DNA of 64,000 nt, taken from NCBI RefSeq assembly GCF_009914755.1, contig NC_060929.1, one strand, 5' to 3'. The stretch is from the human T2T-CHM13v2.0 reference genome, Homo sapiens. Below the pieces are notes generated by a model. That model saw only the letters and a program-made list of their open reading frames with translations. It had not been told where the DNA came from and searched no databases. The translations under genes and the position numbers were made by a program. Positions 12,798 to 27,292 of the stretch are shown here, one piece after another (the first letter of the stretch is position 1; each line of letters starts with the position of its first letter).

Positions 12798-12845
12798 ATT
12801 AAAAGTAATGGCAAAAACCACAATTACTTTTGCACCAACCTAGTA
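12798..12845. mobile_element. Half MADE1 (Hsmar1-derived MITE) within an L1ME-like fragment
   Basis: aaaagtaatggcaaaaaccacaattacttttgcaccaacctagta matches one arm of the MADE1 palindrome. Confidence 0.85.
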
Positions 12846-13708
12846 ATTGCATTGGCTACTACATTTAGTTCAATGCAGAATAGGAATGGAGGCAAGTTAC
12901 CAATTATTGATAAAGAAATCAACATTTCTCTCCCCAAAATATAAGTTTATATTAGAAAAAGAGTCTCAACAAAATATTAGAACCTTATCAAAGAAATAAC
13001 ATTTCAGATGTGAGGGGTTTATGAGTTTTCATATTGAAAGAGCTTTATCCTGAAATACTTCAGAAGTAAAATACATGTATTTAACCCAGTGATTCTGCCT
13101 ACTAGCAATCATCACCCTGTTAGTATTTTGAGCTATAACAAATCGAATTGGTGGTTTCTTCTCTAGGGCAAAAAGCAAAATGACAAAAGGAATAGGTAAA
13201 GGCAGCCCGAATGCAGAACGTTAGGCTGAGATCCTTCTTCCCGTTACAAGTCCAATGACGTACAGTTGCAGAAGTGTGTAAGAAGAGAGCATCCTTTAGA
13301 AATTTTTGTTGCAGACTCCTCACCATTGCCCAAGGGTTAGGAAGGAGCTGGGCTTTTTACACCTTATATTTATATTTATTAAAATATAGAAAAGAAATAA
13401 AATCCCAAAGAGAAAGGAAGAAAAATGTTCGATAGAACCATGTCTGTAAGTTGTAAATCATATGCTTTAAAAGTGAAAAATGTACTCAAAATTTCTTGTT
13501 AGGTAGTTGTCCATATCACACTCACTACATCATTTGGTCAATTACTGAAACTTTTCACTGTGTCCAAAGTATTTAGTGCAATATAGATATTTAATAATCC
13601 TTTCAATAAATATTTGAATTGGAGTAAGAACATCTACCAATAAATAATCACCATACAATGAAATGAATTCCAGAAAGAGATGTGTGCAATAGAAGTGGTT
13701 CCTAATTT

Positions 13709-14592
<884 letters not shown>

Positions 14593-15117
14593 TTAACATA
14601 AGAAGGTATTTTATCAACTAGATCAGAAAGAACGTTCTAAGCAGAAGGAGAAGCTGATACAAAGGAACAGAATCTCGAAATGGGGTACCAATTTTAGGAA
14701 ACTACAGCTGAGTCATTCCAAGGAACTGGAGCTCAAACCTGACCTCCTGTCGGATTTCAGCCTTGGCAGATTCACGCAGACTTCATCTGATGGCGTCATA
14801 AGGTACGTTTGGCTCTTCCTGTCAGTTCCACCAAATGTCCCTCTTTGGTTAAATTGCAATGAATTCTTTCTGCAGAATAAAGGTCTTAAGAGACTTTATT
14901 TGACTCCTTTTTCTCATTAAAAATTCCAAATCTCTTAATGCTTTCCCTGCTGCCCTGAACTTTTTTTTTTTTTTTTAAACCAATTACCTTTTCTTCTTGT
15001 TTCTCAGTCCAAGGTATGTGGGCAGTCTTCATCTGATAAAACTCAAGTTAATTAACTCTTCTGTTACCCTCAGACCATCTGTTATTTGAGAAATAGTAGA
15101 GAAACATGCTTTTTTCA

Positions 15118-15410
15118 GACAAAATCATCCTTCTCCAGGGACTCAGGGTAAGTATGGCTAGAAGAGTTGTCAGGAAAATCTCCTCTTACTATATTTCAAC
15201 AAAGTGTAATAGATATCTTTCTGCATATGACCCACTTTGAAAACTTAAGATTTTTAAAAGCTACAACGTTTCCAAAAATTGTATATTTATTTGTGGGAGC
15301 CTGAGTAAAATACATCTGCGTATGCTTTCTAGCCCAGGCATTTTGAGGTGCGTTTTTCAGCTATTAAATCTATCAACAAGCCACCAGTTTACACAGTGTG
15401 ACTCTGATAT
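15118..15410. repeat. Copy 2 of the ancient local duplication; includes a candidate 29-nt exon at 15119-15147
   Basis: Aligns to 11649-11955; ttttttcag|ACAAAATC...ACTCAGG|gtaagt. Confidence 0.85.
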
Positions 15411-15411
15411 G

Positions 15412-15749
15412 TCTTTTTTTCTTTCTTTCTTTCTTTCTTTTTTCTTTCTTTTTTTTTTTTTTTTTGAGACAGAATCTTGCTCTGTTGCCCAGGCTGGAGT
15501 CCAGTGGCACAATTTTGGCTCACTGCAACCTCTGCCTCCTGGGTTCAAATGATTCTCCTGCTTCAGCTTTCTGAGTAGCTGGGATTACAGGCAAGCACCA
15601 GCACGTCCAGCTAATTTTTGTATTTTTAGTAGAGACAGGGTTTTGTCATGTTGGCCAGGCTGGTCTTGAACTCCTGACCTCAAGTGATATGCCCACCTGC
15701 CTTGGCCTTTCAAAGTGCTGGCATTACAGGCACAACCACTGTGCCTAGC
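15412..15749 (-). mobile_element. Alu (AluSx/Sz-like) with (CTTT)n tail
   Basis: TSD gactctgatat at 15400-15410 and 15751-15761. Confidence 0.95.
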
Positions 15750-16049
15750 TGACTCTGATATTTCTACTTCAGGTGCCCACTCCCGTGCCCTGCTGTCATT
15801 ACCAATAACTATACTTCCTCCATCAGTTCACCCTCTGCCATCCCACTCTCTGATTGCTACTTCCTATCTTTCCAGATTTAGTGCCTCCAATCCAAAATTT
15901 GCACCCTACTAAGACCTCCAGTCCAAAGGCCCTACCACATACTATTCCCTACCAGTCACTCTCCTCATGCCCCCTACTTCTCTCCCTGCCCAGTTTATAT
16001 TACATATTTCAACATTCTAATCACTGCTGTGTGCATCCCTTCATTACCT

Positions 16050-17130
16050 TGTACTTTCAATGTCATTGACAAGATCCAAAAGCTTGTTATGTCCAGCTTT
16101 CCAGAACTTCAAGTATGCACTCAACCAGCAAATGTGGCTGAAGAGAAACCCCATAACCATGCTGATGCTCTTTCATCACAGTGAAGGCCACACATCCCAA
16201 GCATCCACGTGGGATGTCAGATAATCTTTGCATCTTTCCCAAGTCTATTCACTCATTCACTCTCCTATTTTTCCAGATACCAACCTCACAAATTCTCCTC
16301 TCTTCCTCAAGCCTGTAACACCTCTTCCCCACCAAAGAAGGCCTTGATTCTTACTTTGCTAAGACAATTGAGGCAATATAATGAGAATTTCTACTAGCAT
16401 CCATTACCACATCTACCTAAGCTTGTGACTATCTCATCTCATTGGTCCATTCATTCATTCATTTATTCACCCATTCACCTAACTAGGCACCCACCCACCC
16501 ACTCACCTATCCATCCATTCATGTCTCCACTCATTCATTCATCTATTATCCATCTGTTCATCTATCCACCCACCCACCCACTCACTCACTTACTCACTCA
16601 CCCACCTGTCCATCCATTCATTCATCCATCCACCCACCTACCCACCTAGGTACCCATTTATCCATCCATCCATCCATCCATCCATCCATCCATCTATCTA
16701 TCCATCCATAATCTTTCTTCCAGTACGATAGATAAATCCTCTTCTCTCTTATCCATGGCATTCCCTCTGCATCCACAATGGCTCTCCTCTCCTCTCTCCT
16801 ACTCAAGGACAGCTCTTCAGCAATTGCCTTCACTCCTTACTCATCATCAAGGTTCCCATTTAAGCAGGTGAATCCATTAACATGCAAACAGCCTCCTATT
16901 TCATACTAAAAATAAACTCTCTGGATGCACACCAGTTTTTTTTCTACTTTTCTGCTTCCCTTTAAAGCAAACTCTTCAAAAGAACTGATTTCACTCACAG
17001 TGTCCATTGCTTTTTTTTGCCCATTCTTTTTCAAGTAATTTCAGTTAGATTTTCTCCCCAGGCGTTCCACTTAAACTTCAGCTGTTACAGTTGTTATTTT
17101 GATAAATCCAATCTTTATCTTCCTTGACTT
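16050..17130. mobile_element. Degraded L2 fragments surrounding a simple repeat
   Basis: Pyrimidine-rich sequence with recalled L2-like motifs (ttcctactcaaggac, tttctgcttccctttaaagcaaactc); boundaries approximate. Confidence 0.5.
16445..16710. repeat. (TCCA/CCCA/TTCA)n simple repeat
   Basis: Degenerate tetranucleotide array ending in a perfect (ATCC)n run. Confidence 0.95.
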
Positions 17131-17136
17131 ATTAGT

Positions 17137-17260
17137 AGAGTGGCCATGTAATTTTTCCTTCCAAACTAATAATTTTAAAAGTAAAAGAGGATGCTATTAA
17201 TAATTTCTTTGGAATAACACATACAACCTGAGACCATTGCAGGAAAACCCTAATACGTAT
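17137..17260 (+). mobile_element. Diverged MER94-like hAT MITE
   Basis: Weak similarity to the better-preserved copy at 55854-55984 (aaagtaaaagaggatgctattaataatt). Confidence 0.45.
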
Positions 17261-17804
17261 CTATTAGTTTATTGCTAAGTGCTCAAATTCTCTCAACTAG
17301 AAGGTCTGAGATTTTTGTGTGCCTTTTCACTTTGAATTTCCAGAACTCAGAACAGTGCCTGGTGTATATTTGTTGTTGAGTATTAGTGCCTGGGTGTTCA
17401 GCGAATACATAGTAGGCCCTCAATAGCAGTTGAATGACCAATGGCTGAATACATAACAATTTACTCTTGTGGTGGTCGTAAGCACTAGGAATCTGATGGA
17501 TCTAGACGTATTGTGCTCTTTTGATGCAATGACTTGAGTTTCCCTACCCAGTAGGGCAATAGCCCCAGAGGCACCATACTTGTGCCTTCTCTTCCAGCTC
17601 TTGTTTTCGTTGTAGCCCTTTGACCAGTTTCTTGGATAAGCTTCAGGGCACCTCCAGACTGACAATGATTCATTTGCCTCCTTTATCCAGGATTAGAAGC
17701 ATAATTTCAGAGGTCACCCAAGGGAGGAGGATTTCCCCATCAGGCCACTGAGCCTTCTGGTATTGCTCATGACTCAGAAATTTGCCCCTGAGATTATCCT
17801 CAGT

Positions 17805-17856
17805 GGGTTCAGAGAAAAGGTAACTGTAAGAGATTAGGAGCAATTACCCTTCTCCA
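17805..17856. repeat. 52-bp identical direct repeat, copy 1 (copy 2 at 18730-18781)
   Basis: gggttcagagaaaaggtaactgtaagagattaggagcaattacccttctcca occurs twice, 925 bp apart. Confidence 0.95.
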
Positions 17857-18048
17857 GAGAAAGAATGACAGGCATTGGGCTTGCCTGGTGTTTTTTCAAG
17901 CTTATTTTAGACTCTGAATAGAAACTTATCCCTTTTTGTATGAGATGAAGTCATAATAACTTGGAGACATTCAGCCAGAAGCCTTTTCCCATTTCAGTAA
18001 AAATTCCACCTTCATCCTCATCATCATAGATTCCCCCTCTTTATCCTG

Positions 18049-18050
<2 letters not shown>

Positions 18051-18079
<29 letters not shown>
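18051..18079. repeat. (CA)n microsatellite
   Basis: Perfect AC run. Confidence 0.95.
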
Positions 18080-18083
<4 letters not shown>

Positions 18084-18729
18084 TACTTGAATATACTCAT
18101 CATATACCAAAGATACCTTTTGTCTTCCCTTAGAACTAAAAACAAATTGTCACAACTTTACTGATCTAATGATTCTTGAAGAACAAAGGTTAGACAAAGA
18201 TTCCTAAAGAGCCATTTGACAAACACAGGTCATGACAATTAAGCAGTACCTTTCAGAGCACGCAGGACAAGAAAATAAAATATATATTATATAATTGCAG
18301 TCCCTCCCCCTCATGCATTTTAAGGAGGGAGGGTGAGGTAGCTACAGTGACCTTCGCTGGTGGGTGTGGGCTGGCAGGTTGGGAGGGGCTATGTCGGAGC
18401 AGGGAGACATTATGAGGACAGAGAAGCCCTGAGTCTGCTGGGCCGGTGGCAGGTGGGCAAGGGAGAGCCCCTGCCAGCCCCCACTGCTCCTTCTGGCGTT
18501 TGGGAAGGAGGTGTGAGAGTGGGGGTTGGGCAAAGTCTTCCGTGGGGTATGTAGTGTTTTCTGTCTTTACTGCTAAGTCTTCAGTGATGTTTCTTAGGAG
18601 ATTTACTCAGCGTTCTCATTTCTTAAAAGGGCTGGCAGGTATCCCTCTCATTAGAAGGTGCCTATTTTACAGATCTATTCGATATTGCTGACTCCTTGAA
18701 AGTAGCTGAGTACTGAGATTATCCCCAGC

Positions 18730-18792
18730 GGGTTCAGAGAAAAGGTAACTGTAAGAGATTAGGAGCAATTACCCTTCTCCAAAGGGTAATTG
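18730..18792. repeat. 52-bp direct repeat copy 2, followed by an 11-bp inverted copy of its end
   Basis: caattaccctt-ctcca-aagggtaattg hairpin at 18766-18792. Confidence 0.9.
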
Positions 18793-18879
18793 GCCTAGAA
18801 TATGGTAATTTTATAAAAGTTTCATGGTCACTTAGGAAGGATAAGGTCCATCTAGCGGTTAGCCATAAGGTTTTGTTTC

Positions 18880-19095
18880 CCTAGTGCTCATCCTAGAGCC
18901 TGACATGTAGTTGAGACCTGATGAATGGAGGGAAGGGTAAGGTTCATAGTAGTTGAGTAACTTAAACTAAAGGCCACATAGCTGGTAAAAGGTAGACCTG
19001 GAGTCAAATCCAGGTTCCTGGATTCCAGAACACAGGTGTTTATTCCCTGCACTAAATGGTTTAGCATAGCCAGGAGCACACAGTAAGCACATAAT
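18880..19095. mobile_element. L2/MIR fragments
   Basis: gagcctgacatgtagttg and MIR-like aaggccacatagctggtaaa...aaatccagg. Confidence 0.5.
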
Positions 19096-19873
19096 CCTTA
19101 TTGAACTCATTTATTTTATTTCTTAAAGTTTATCTCTCCTGCCCCTAGCCTGGCTAGGATCAAAAAGCAGGGATTTAGTTTGCAACTCTCCCTTTTTTAG
19201 AAAAAACACTTTGATTTCGGGCAACGATGAGTCATTATGTCACTGACTTTTGCTAAATTCGCTGGTACAAGCCCCATCTCTCATGGTGTTGTGTTGAAAG
19301 TTTGGGGCTTTTATCCCAGGGCACTTAGGCAGATAAAGGAATAATACAGGCTGAAAAGCTTAACTACTCACTGGGGGAGCAGAAGGCTGATTATTCCAGC
19401 CACAAAAGATATATTTTGCCAAAAGGAAAAACAATTAAAATCATCTCAGCATTTATATGTACAAGCTCAACAATTTTAAAATGTATTTTATAAACACAGT
19501 TATAAACACATTAAAGGTAATTTTGATTTTAAAAAAAGTCTTACATAAATGCTGATACTATTTTCATTGCTGGAAATTCCTTCTGCGTCCCTGGTTGAAT
19601 GGGCACATAGGTGAGATTATAAGGAATTTGAGTTGTATTCTATTTTCATTTAACATTTTATCATAAATAGACTTTGTTGTTGCTAAATATTCATAATTAC
19701 CATTTTTTATTGACTGCAGAATATTGCTGCAACATGCGTTAATTAGCCAAGATACTATGGTTGGACATGTATATTATTTTCAGGTTTACCCATTTTAGAT
19801 CATGCTGTAATAAGCCTCCTTAGATCTTTAGCATTTTATTTGGGAGCTTCTCCCCCTTTGGTTAAAACCCTCC

Positions 19874-20126
19874 TTTTTAAAAAAGTTTTGTTTTAAGCTC
19901 TGGGGTACATGTACAGGATGTGCAGGGTTGTTACATAGGTAAATGTGTGCCATGGTGGTCTGCTGCACCTGTCAACCCATCACCTAGGTATTAAGCCCAG
20001 CATGCATTAGCTATTCTTCCAGATGTTTTCCCTCTTCCTGACTCCGCAACAGGCCCCCGTGTGTGTTGTTCCCCTCCCTGTGTCCATATGTTCTCATTGT
20101 TCAGCTCCCACTTATAAGTAAGAATA
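19874..20126 (-). mobile_element. Short 5'-truncated L1PA 3' end
   Basis: ggtacatgtacaggatgtgcagggttgttacatagg...cccacttataagt; imperfect TSD ggttaaaaccctcc / ggtaaaaatcctcc. Confidence 0.88.
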
Positions 20127-22339
20127 GGTAAAAATCCTCCAACTTTTATTACCAAGCAAAAGGATAGAAGTGTCGTGTGTTCTAGGTGTGTATTGTCAAA
20201 TTATTTCCCAAAAACCTTGTACAACTGGACCATGGCTTCCATTAGGCATGAGTGGACCAGGACCTCAGCGTCCCCAGCATTGGCCATCATTTAGTAAAAG
20301 AAAAAAAAATCCTTTAGGGTCAATTTAATAAAGTAAAATGGTAATTTGTTGTCTTAGTTGCATTTCATTGAATAGCAGTGCTATGAGTTTTCACACATTT
20401 GTTTTCGAGCAGTGTTGCATGTTCTATGTGCCAAGTGCATATGCCATGACAATGTATTTTAAAATGGTAAATCGTATAGCCTTTGATAATGCACTTTTAA
20501 CAAAACACTGTGTCAGCTGACCCTCGATTTGCTGGCTTGGCTCTGGGAATCATGTCAGCTACAGAAACTAATTAGAGAGATTCACTTTGATAGGTTTGCC
20601 AGGAAAAAAAAAAGTGTAATACAGAAGTGGAAAATCGCTTACAGTACTCCCCTCATACTTATATCATCATCATATCAAGGCTTAATAAAGCTAATTTGCT
20701 TCTAGGTAACTTGGCTGATGAGGCTGAGTAAACCCTGTTCTCACCCAGGGTTCTTCCAGTCAGCAGGACCCGAGGTGAGAATGACAGCATTCTTGATGGG
20801 AGCATTGAGATTCTTCCATCACAAGTACACACTGTCACGTTCAGCCTGCCTCACGCTGTGTTTCCTCTCCTGCGTGGAGCTTCCAGAGTGCTCACATCTG
20901 TGAATGGACCAGCCTTAATGGCTGTGAGCAGATGCCCTACCTGCACCTGTATCTGCTTCTCAGTGTCAAATCTCCCTTTCCTCCCGTCAGCAGGACCTGG
21001 GTTGAACTGATGATTCATGACTAAGACAATCAGGTGCTGTGCCTTTCCTGAGCTTTCAGAGGCTCAGGACGATGAGGCTGAGGCCTAGGGTGGGAGGAAA
21101 GCTGGAGTGGAGGGAGCAGAATTCAGGTGTGAGTCTAATGCATGACTGAGACACTGAGGCTGGGAAGCCAGGGATCAAGACCATGCAGGAGGAAGACGAT
21201 GAGGTCACGGGGGCTGGGGTGGGAAGTCCATGCTGAAACTGGGAATGAAGCCAGTGGCTGGGGCTCTTCTTTTGGGGAGAGTGGGTCTGCTTCTGGAGAG
21301 GAACAGATGAAACTAGCAGCACCGGGGTCTCTGGCATAGGTGTGATCTGGCTTGAATGGGATCCACCCACAACAGACCCACAGCCAGTACAACATGGTAA
21401 GTAAAAGCAAGCACCTCTAAGTCAATGGGAATGGCTCTGAATCCTGGCTCACCCACTTGCTAGTTGTGTGACTCTTAAGTAAAAGTTCTTAGAACAGTGT
21501 CTAACACATGATAAGTGCTCAATAAATGTTAGTTTTTCTTGGTAAACATTAGCACGATGCTTGCTATTTATTTGTGAACTGTCTACAACATGCCCAGGTC
21601 AGTTCTAGACCTTGCAAGGGGGCTACAGGGAAGCATACACGTGTTGACCGCATACAGGACTTTACATCTATCCATGGAGAAATGTATATTTCACTGAATA
21701 ACTGTCCTTGGAATTCAGAAGAGGAAGCAGGCAGGTGGGAAGGCAGCTTGAAGCCCATGGAATCTGATCCAGTCCTTTCTAGAGAGTAAAGGCCTACAGG
21801 AAGGGGGCACAGGAATTTCAGGGGCTCAGCAGGGGCACAGATGTGCAGGAGAGATAAGTGCCCTACCTAGGCTAATTGGACCTCAATGCACAGTACTATA
21901 TTTATATGAGACATTATATATGTGTATATGTGCATGTACATATATGCAAATGAATACAAAAGGGCAGATGAATATACACCAAACTATTGGCAGAGGTTGT
22001 TTGGGGCAGTGAGTGAGAGTTAAGAGGGACTTGCATATTTTACTTTCTATAAACTTATTTCTGTATTACTAGAATATTTTACACAGTGAAAGCATTCATT
22101 CATTATTAGTGGAAGCAAAAAGATTTTAAAAAAATAATTTGGGACTAATGTTAAATGCCTTAGAGATCATTCAAGCTGCAGAGGGCAAGAAACAGGTTGT
22201 GGGCAAAGGGATGGAGAAGCGAAAACCAGAAGCACAGAAGCAGAAGATGACTCTTGCTGGGATGTATCAGGCTGCAGGGGAACCGAGGATGAGATGCAAT
22301 GTCACTGCTCAGGAGCCCTGAGCATCTGCCCTGTGCCAC

Positions 22340-22480
22340 ATGCTATCACAAGTCCTTCCAACAGCCTTGCAAAGTTCAGGTAACCACACCCATCCTACAG
22401 ATGGGGAAAGGGAAGCCCAGGGGAGTTAATCCTTCTCCCCAGGTCACACAGCCTCTGAGTGAAGGAGCCTATGTACAAAC
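22340..22480. mobile_element. MIR fragment
   Basis: cccatcctacagatggggaaa...cccaggtcacacagc MIR core. Confidence 0.55.
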
Positions 22481-22647
22481 CCACGTTGGCCTGAAGACTT
22501 GCCTCTTCCCTCTCTTCCAAGGGAGTAGGTGGGGACAGTCAGGAGGTCCCTGCGGTGGTCCCGCTCTGCAGTGGGTGTGGGAGGCACCTCACTTCTATAA
22601 ATAATAATAATAAATCAGAGCTTAAGCATAACACACCAGAACAATGA

Positions 22648-23323
<676 letters not shown>

Positions 23324-23654
23324 TGATTTTAAAATTAGATGTTGATTCTTAACCTTCTCAACTCTCTGAGCTCCCCTGAGCTGGTATTGGCTTTGAGTGG
23401 GTGATCACTGGCTTTGTAGAAATTTTCAGGGCCAAGCAGGTTCCCTGTCATCAGCCTGTCTATATAAAGCCACAAGATAACAGCTGGCTACTGTTGGTTT
23501 TACTGAGAAAAACAAATAAGGACCTGAGCTGACATTACTGAGTACTACAGGAACCATATTTTAATGACCTTGCCTATCTGACCAAGGCTTTGGGCAGCTT
23601 AGAAAGGTGAAATTAACTTAATTTGAATAGCGATAATAATGCTTATTTACTGAA

Positions 23655-23863
23655 TGTAGTAGGCAGAACAATGGCTCACCAAAGATGCCCAGGACATAAT
23701 CCTCAGAATTTGTGAATATGTTTGGTGACATGGCAAAAGGGAATTAAGGTTGCTAGTCATCTGACTTTAAAACAAGGAGATTGTCCTGGATTATCCAAAT
23801 GCGCCCAATGTAATCAGAGGGGTCCTTAAAGTGAAAGATGGAGGCAGAAGATATCAGAGTCAG
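23655..23863 (+). mobile_element. MLT1 (MLT1D-like) LTR 5' fragment
   Basis: tgtagtaggcagaacaatggctcaccaaagatg...cccaatgtaatcagaggggtccttaaa. Confidence 0.75.
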
Positions 23864-23864
23864 A

Positions 23865-24195
23865 TGTCTGGACCAGGAGTATTCATACCACCTGGGAGCC
23901 TGTTAGAAACTCTGGTCCCACCCTAACCCTGCTCAATCAGACTTTGCATTGAAGCAGAAGCCCAGGAGATTTGAGAGCCCCTGGAGTAGGTCTGGGCCCC
24001 CCTGATGCAGAGAAGAAGCTCCAAACCCTGACCATTGATTGTCATGTAGGAATGTGGGCCATTGTCATCAGATCTAATTTTTCAAGAGAAGCTGAAAAAT
24101 CGGGATTTTTGAATGTGAACTATCTCAACTTTTTAATACTTTGCAGGAGAAGACTAAAGTCTGCCTGTGGACCACCAGTTTGCAACCTTTTCTCT
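23865..24195. mobile_element. hAT-Charlie MITE fragments (MER5-like, then MER103-like)
   Basis: cacctgggagcctgttagaaa...aatcagactttgcatt; gatctaatttttcaagagaagc...ccagtttgcaacc. Confidence 0.55.
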
Positions 24196-24454
24196 AGACT
24201 TCCCTCTACCACCCTAGAAGACTTGGGACTCCAGTTCTGGTTCGAACACAGATGAGAGGAATGATATTGAGCAAGTTCTTCTGTGTGGAACTCCAACTCC
24301 TTCGTTAGCAAGACAAGGGTAGATAATGATACCCATTGTTCCATCTTCCATGAATGTTGGGGACAGCAGGTTTAATGTACCTTCTCAAGCTCAAACAACA
24401 TTTGAACAGCTTTTAGAGGGAAGAGGTTGAATAACCTCCAGGTATCCAATTAAA

Positions 24455-24456
<2 letters not shown>

Positions 24457-24485
<29 letters not shown>

Positions 24486-24765
24486 GAGACTGAGTCTCAC
24501 ACTGTCACCTGGGCTGGAGTGCAATGGCACTATCTCGGCTCACTGCAACCTCCGCCTGCCGGGTTGAAGTGATTCTCCTGTCTCAGCCTCCTGAGTAGCT
24601 GGGATTACAGGTGCCCACCATCGCGCCCAGCTAATTTTTTGTATTTTTAGTAGAGACGGGGTTTCATTATGTTGGCCAGACTGTTCTCGAACTCCTGACC
24701 TTGTGATCTACCCGCCTTGGCCTCCTGAAGTGCTGGGATTACAGGTGTGAGCCACCACACCCGTG
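24457..24765 (-). mobile_element. Alu (AluSg-like)
   Basis: Long poly-T; TSD ccaattaaatc at 24446-24456 and 24766-24776. Confidence 0.95.
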
Positions 24766-25410
24766 CCAATTAAATCATTTTTATTAGTCAGTGAAATGAG
24801 CAACAAGATCATTTTATGCTTATAGTATTATGGATTTCTAAAACTAGAAATTGCCATACAATACAAATAAAGCCATAAAGCCAGATACAGATTAAATTAA
24901 CTAGTATCCTTTAACATGACAAACGCTGCTGTTTTGATGCAATTATATCAATGCCCGGGGTGGGAGCACCCAAGGCTCTGAGTGCAGTGGCTCATGGTTT
25001 TTTGGGCTATGGGAATCTGGGCCATGGGAGCCATGCGGTGTCTCAGCTCTCACACCACTCCCTCTCTTCACATCGCTGTGATTCCATTCATAGAGGAGGC
25101 TGTGACTTCATTTGGTGCTCTCATGTCACAAACATATGTCTGAGATGCAATATCTACCTTTGTACTGTTGACTAAAGAAAAAATTAAGCTGTTAAAGAAT
25201 CGAAGTTAGTTTTACTGAGAAGTCTTACTGAAGACTGCAGCCCAGGGAAAGTCTTTCTGAGAGGTTCTGTTAGACTGCCCTAGCGTAGTGTTTTAGCTTC
25301 TAGTTTATAGATGGGCTGTGGATGTTCAGTGCGTACAAAACCGCATCACACTTGCTCATAGGTTACATTAAAGCAGAGTCCCACCAAGGTTGAGTATAAG
25401 AACACATCTG

Positions 25411-25689
<279 letters not shown>

Positions 25690-25756
25690 TTATTGATAAT
25701 GACAGCATAATCACTAGCCCTGCCAGTTGTTATATGAAGAAAAAGGCAAGGACTAG

Positions 25757-27292
25757 TGAGAGGTGACAGCGTGCTGGCAGCCCTCGCAGCCCTCGCTCGC
25801 TCTCGGTGCCTCCTCGGCCTTGGCGCCCATTCTGGCTGTACTTGAGGAGCCCTTCAGCCCGCTGCCGCACTGTGGGAGCCCTTCTCTGGGCTGGCCGAGG
25901 CCGGAGCCGGCTCCCTCGGCTTGCAGGGAGGTGTGGAGGGAGAGGCATGGGTGGGAACTGGGGCTGGAGCTGTGCACGGTGCTTGTGGGCCAGCTAGTGT
26001 TCTGGGTGGGCATGGGCTTGGCGGGCCCGCACTCAGAGCTGCCGGCCGGTGCCGCCGGCCCCGGGCAGTGAGGGGCTTCGCACCCGGGCCAGCAGCTGCA
26101 GAGGGTGTGCCGGGTCCCCCAGCAGTGCTGGCCCACCAGCACTGTGCTCGATTTCTCGCTGGGCCTTAGCGCCTCCCTGTGGGGCAGGGCTCAGGACCTG
26201 CACCCCGCCATGCCTGAGTCTCCCCCTAGCTGCCACCGTGGGCTCCTGCGTGGCCCAAGTCTCCCCGACAAGTGCCTCCCCCTGCTCCATGGTGCCCAGT
26301 CCCATCGATCGCTCAAGGGCTGAGGAGTGCGGGCGCATGGCGCGGGACTGGCAGGCAGCTCCACCTGAGCCCAGGTGCGGGATTCACTGGGTGAAGCCAG
26401 CTGGGCTCCTGAGTCTAGTGGGGACTTGGAGAACCTTTATGTCTAGCTAGGGGATTGTAAATACACCAATCGGCACTCTGTATCTAGCTCAAGGTTTGTA
26501 AATACACCAATTGGCACTCTGTATCTAGTTAATCTGGTGGGGGCTTGGAGAATCTTTATGTCTAGCTAAGGGATTGTGAATGCACCAATCGGCACTCTGT
26601 ATCTAGCTCAAGGTTTGTAAATGCACCAATCAACACTCTGTGACTAGCCCAGGGTTTGTAAATACACCAATGGACACTCTGTATCTAGCTAATCTAGTAG
26701 GGAAGTGGGGAAGTGGAGAACTTTTGTGTCTAGCTCAGGGATTGTAAATGCACCAATCAGCACCCTGTCAAAATGGACCAATCAGCTCTCTGTAAAACAG
26801 ACCAATCAGCTCTCTTTAAAATGGACCAATCAGCAGGATGTGGGTGGGGCCAGATAAGAGAATAAAAGCAGGCTGCTGGAGCAGCTCGGGTCTCCTTCCA
26901 CACTGTGGAAGCTTTCTTGTTTTGCTCTTTGCGATAAATGTTGCTATTGCTCAGTCTTTGGGTGTACACTGCCTTTATGAGCTGTAACACTCACTGCGAA
27001 AGTCTGCAGCTTCACTCCTGAAGCCAGCGAGACCATGAACCCACGGGGAGGAACCAGCAACTCCAGATGCAACGCCTTAAGAGCTGTAACACTGACCGCG
27101 AAGGTCTGCAGCTTCACTCCTGAGCCAGAGAGACCGTGAATCCACCAGAAGGAAGAAACTCCGAACACATCTGAACATCAGAGGAACAAACTGCAGATAT
27201 GCCGCCTTTAAGAACTGTAACACTCACCGCGAGGGTCCTTGGCTTCATTCTTGGAAGTCAGTGAGACCAAGAACCCACCAATTCTGGACACA
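25757..27292 (+). mobile_element. ERV9 solo LTR (LTR12, long form), 1536 bp
   Basis: tgagaggtgacagcgtgctggcag...ccaattctggacaca; TSD ctag (25753-25756, 27293-27296); CpG-rich 5' part and tandem CCAAT repeats. Confidence 0.96.
26440..26870 (+). promoter_or_regulatory. LTR12 enhancer/promoter: tandem CCAAT (NF-Y) repeats, GATA site and AATAAAA TATA-like box
   Basis: Repeated caccaatc units, then cagataagagaataaaag at about 26851-26868; matches known ERV9 LTR architecture. Confidence 0.7.

Noticed and set aside
17420-17673. Minus-strand ORFs of 81 and 62 aa in unique sequence
   Set aside because: No recognisable homology or convincing splice boundaries; length within chance expectation
25730-26450. 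Many overlapping GC-rich ORFs and CpG-island-like composition (also 46592-47283)
   Set aside because: Intrinsic to the LTR12 U3 region; stop-poor GC-rich DNA
26440-26830. Regularly spaced repeats that superficially resemble a CRISPR array (also 47270-47540)
   Set aside because: These are the tandem CCAAT enhancer repeats of LTR12; there are no unique spacers and the context is eukaryotic
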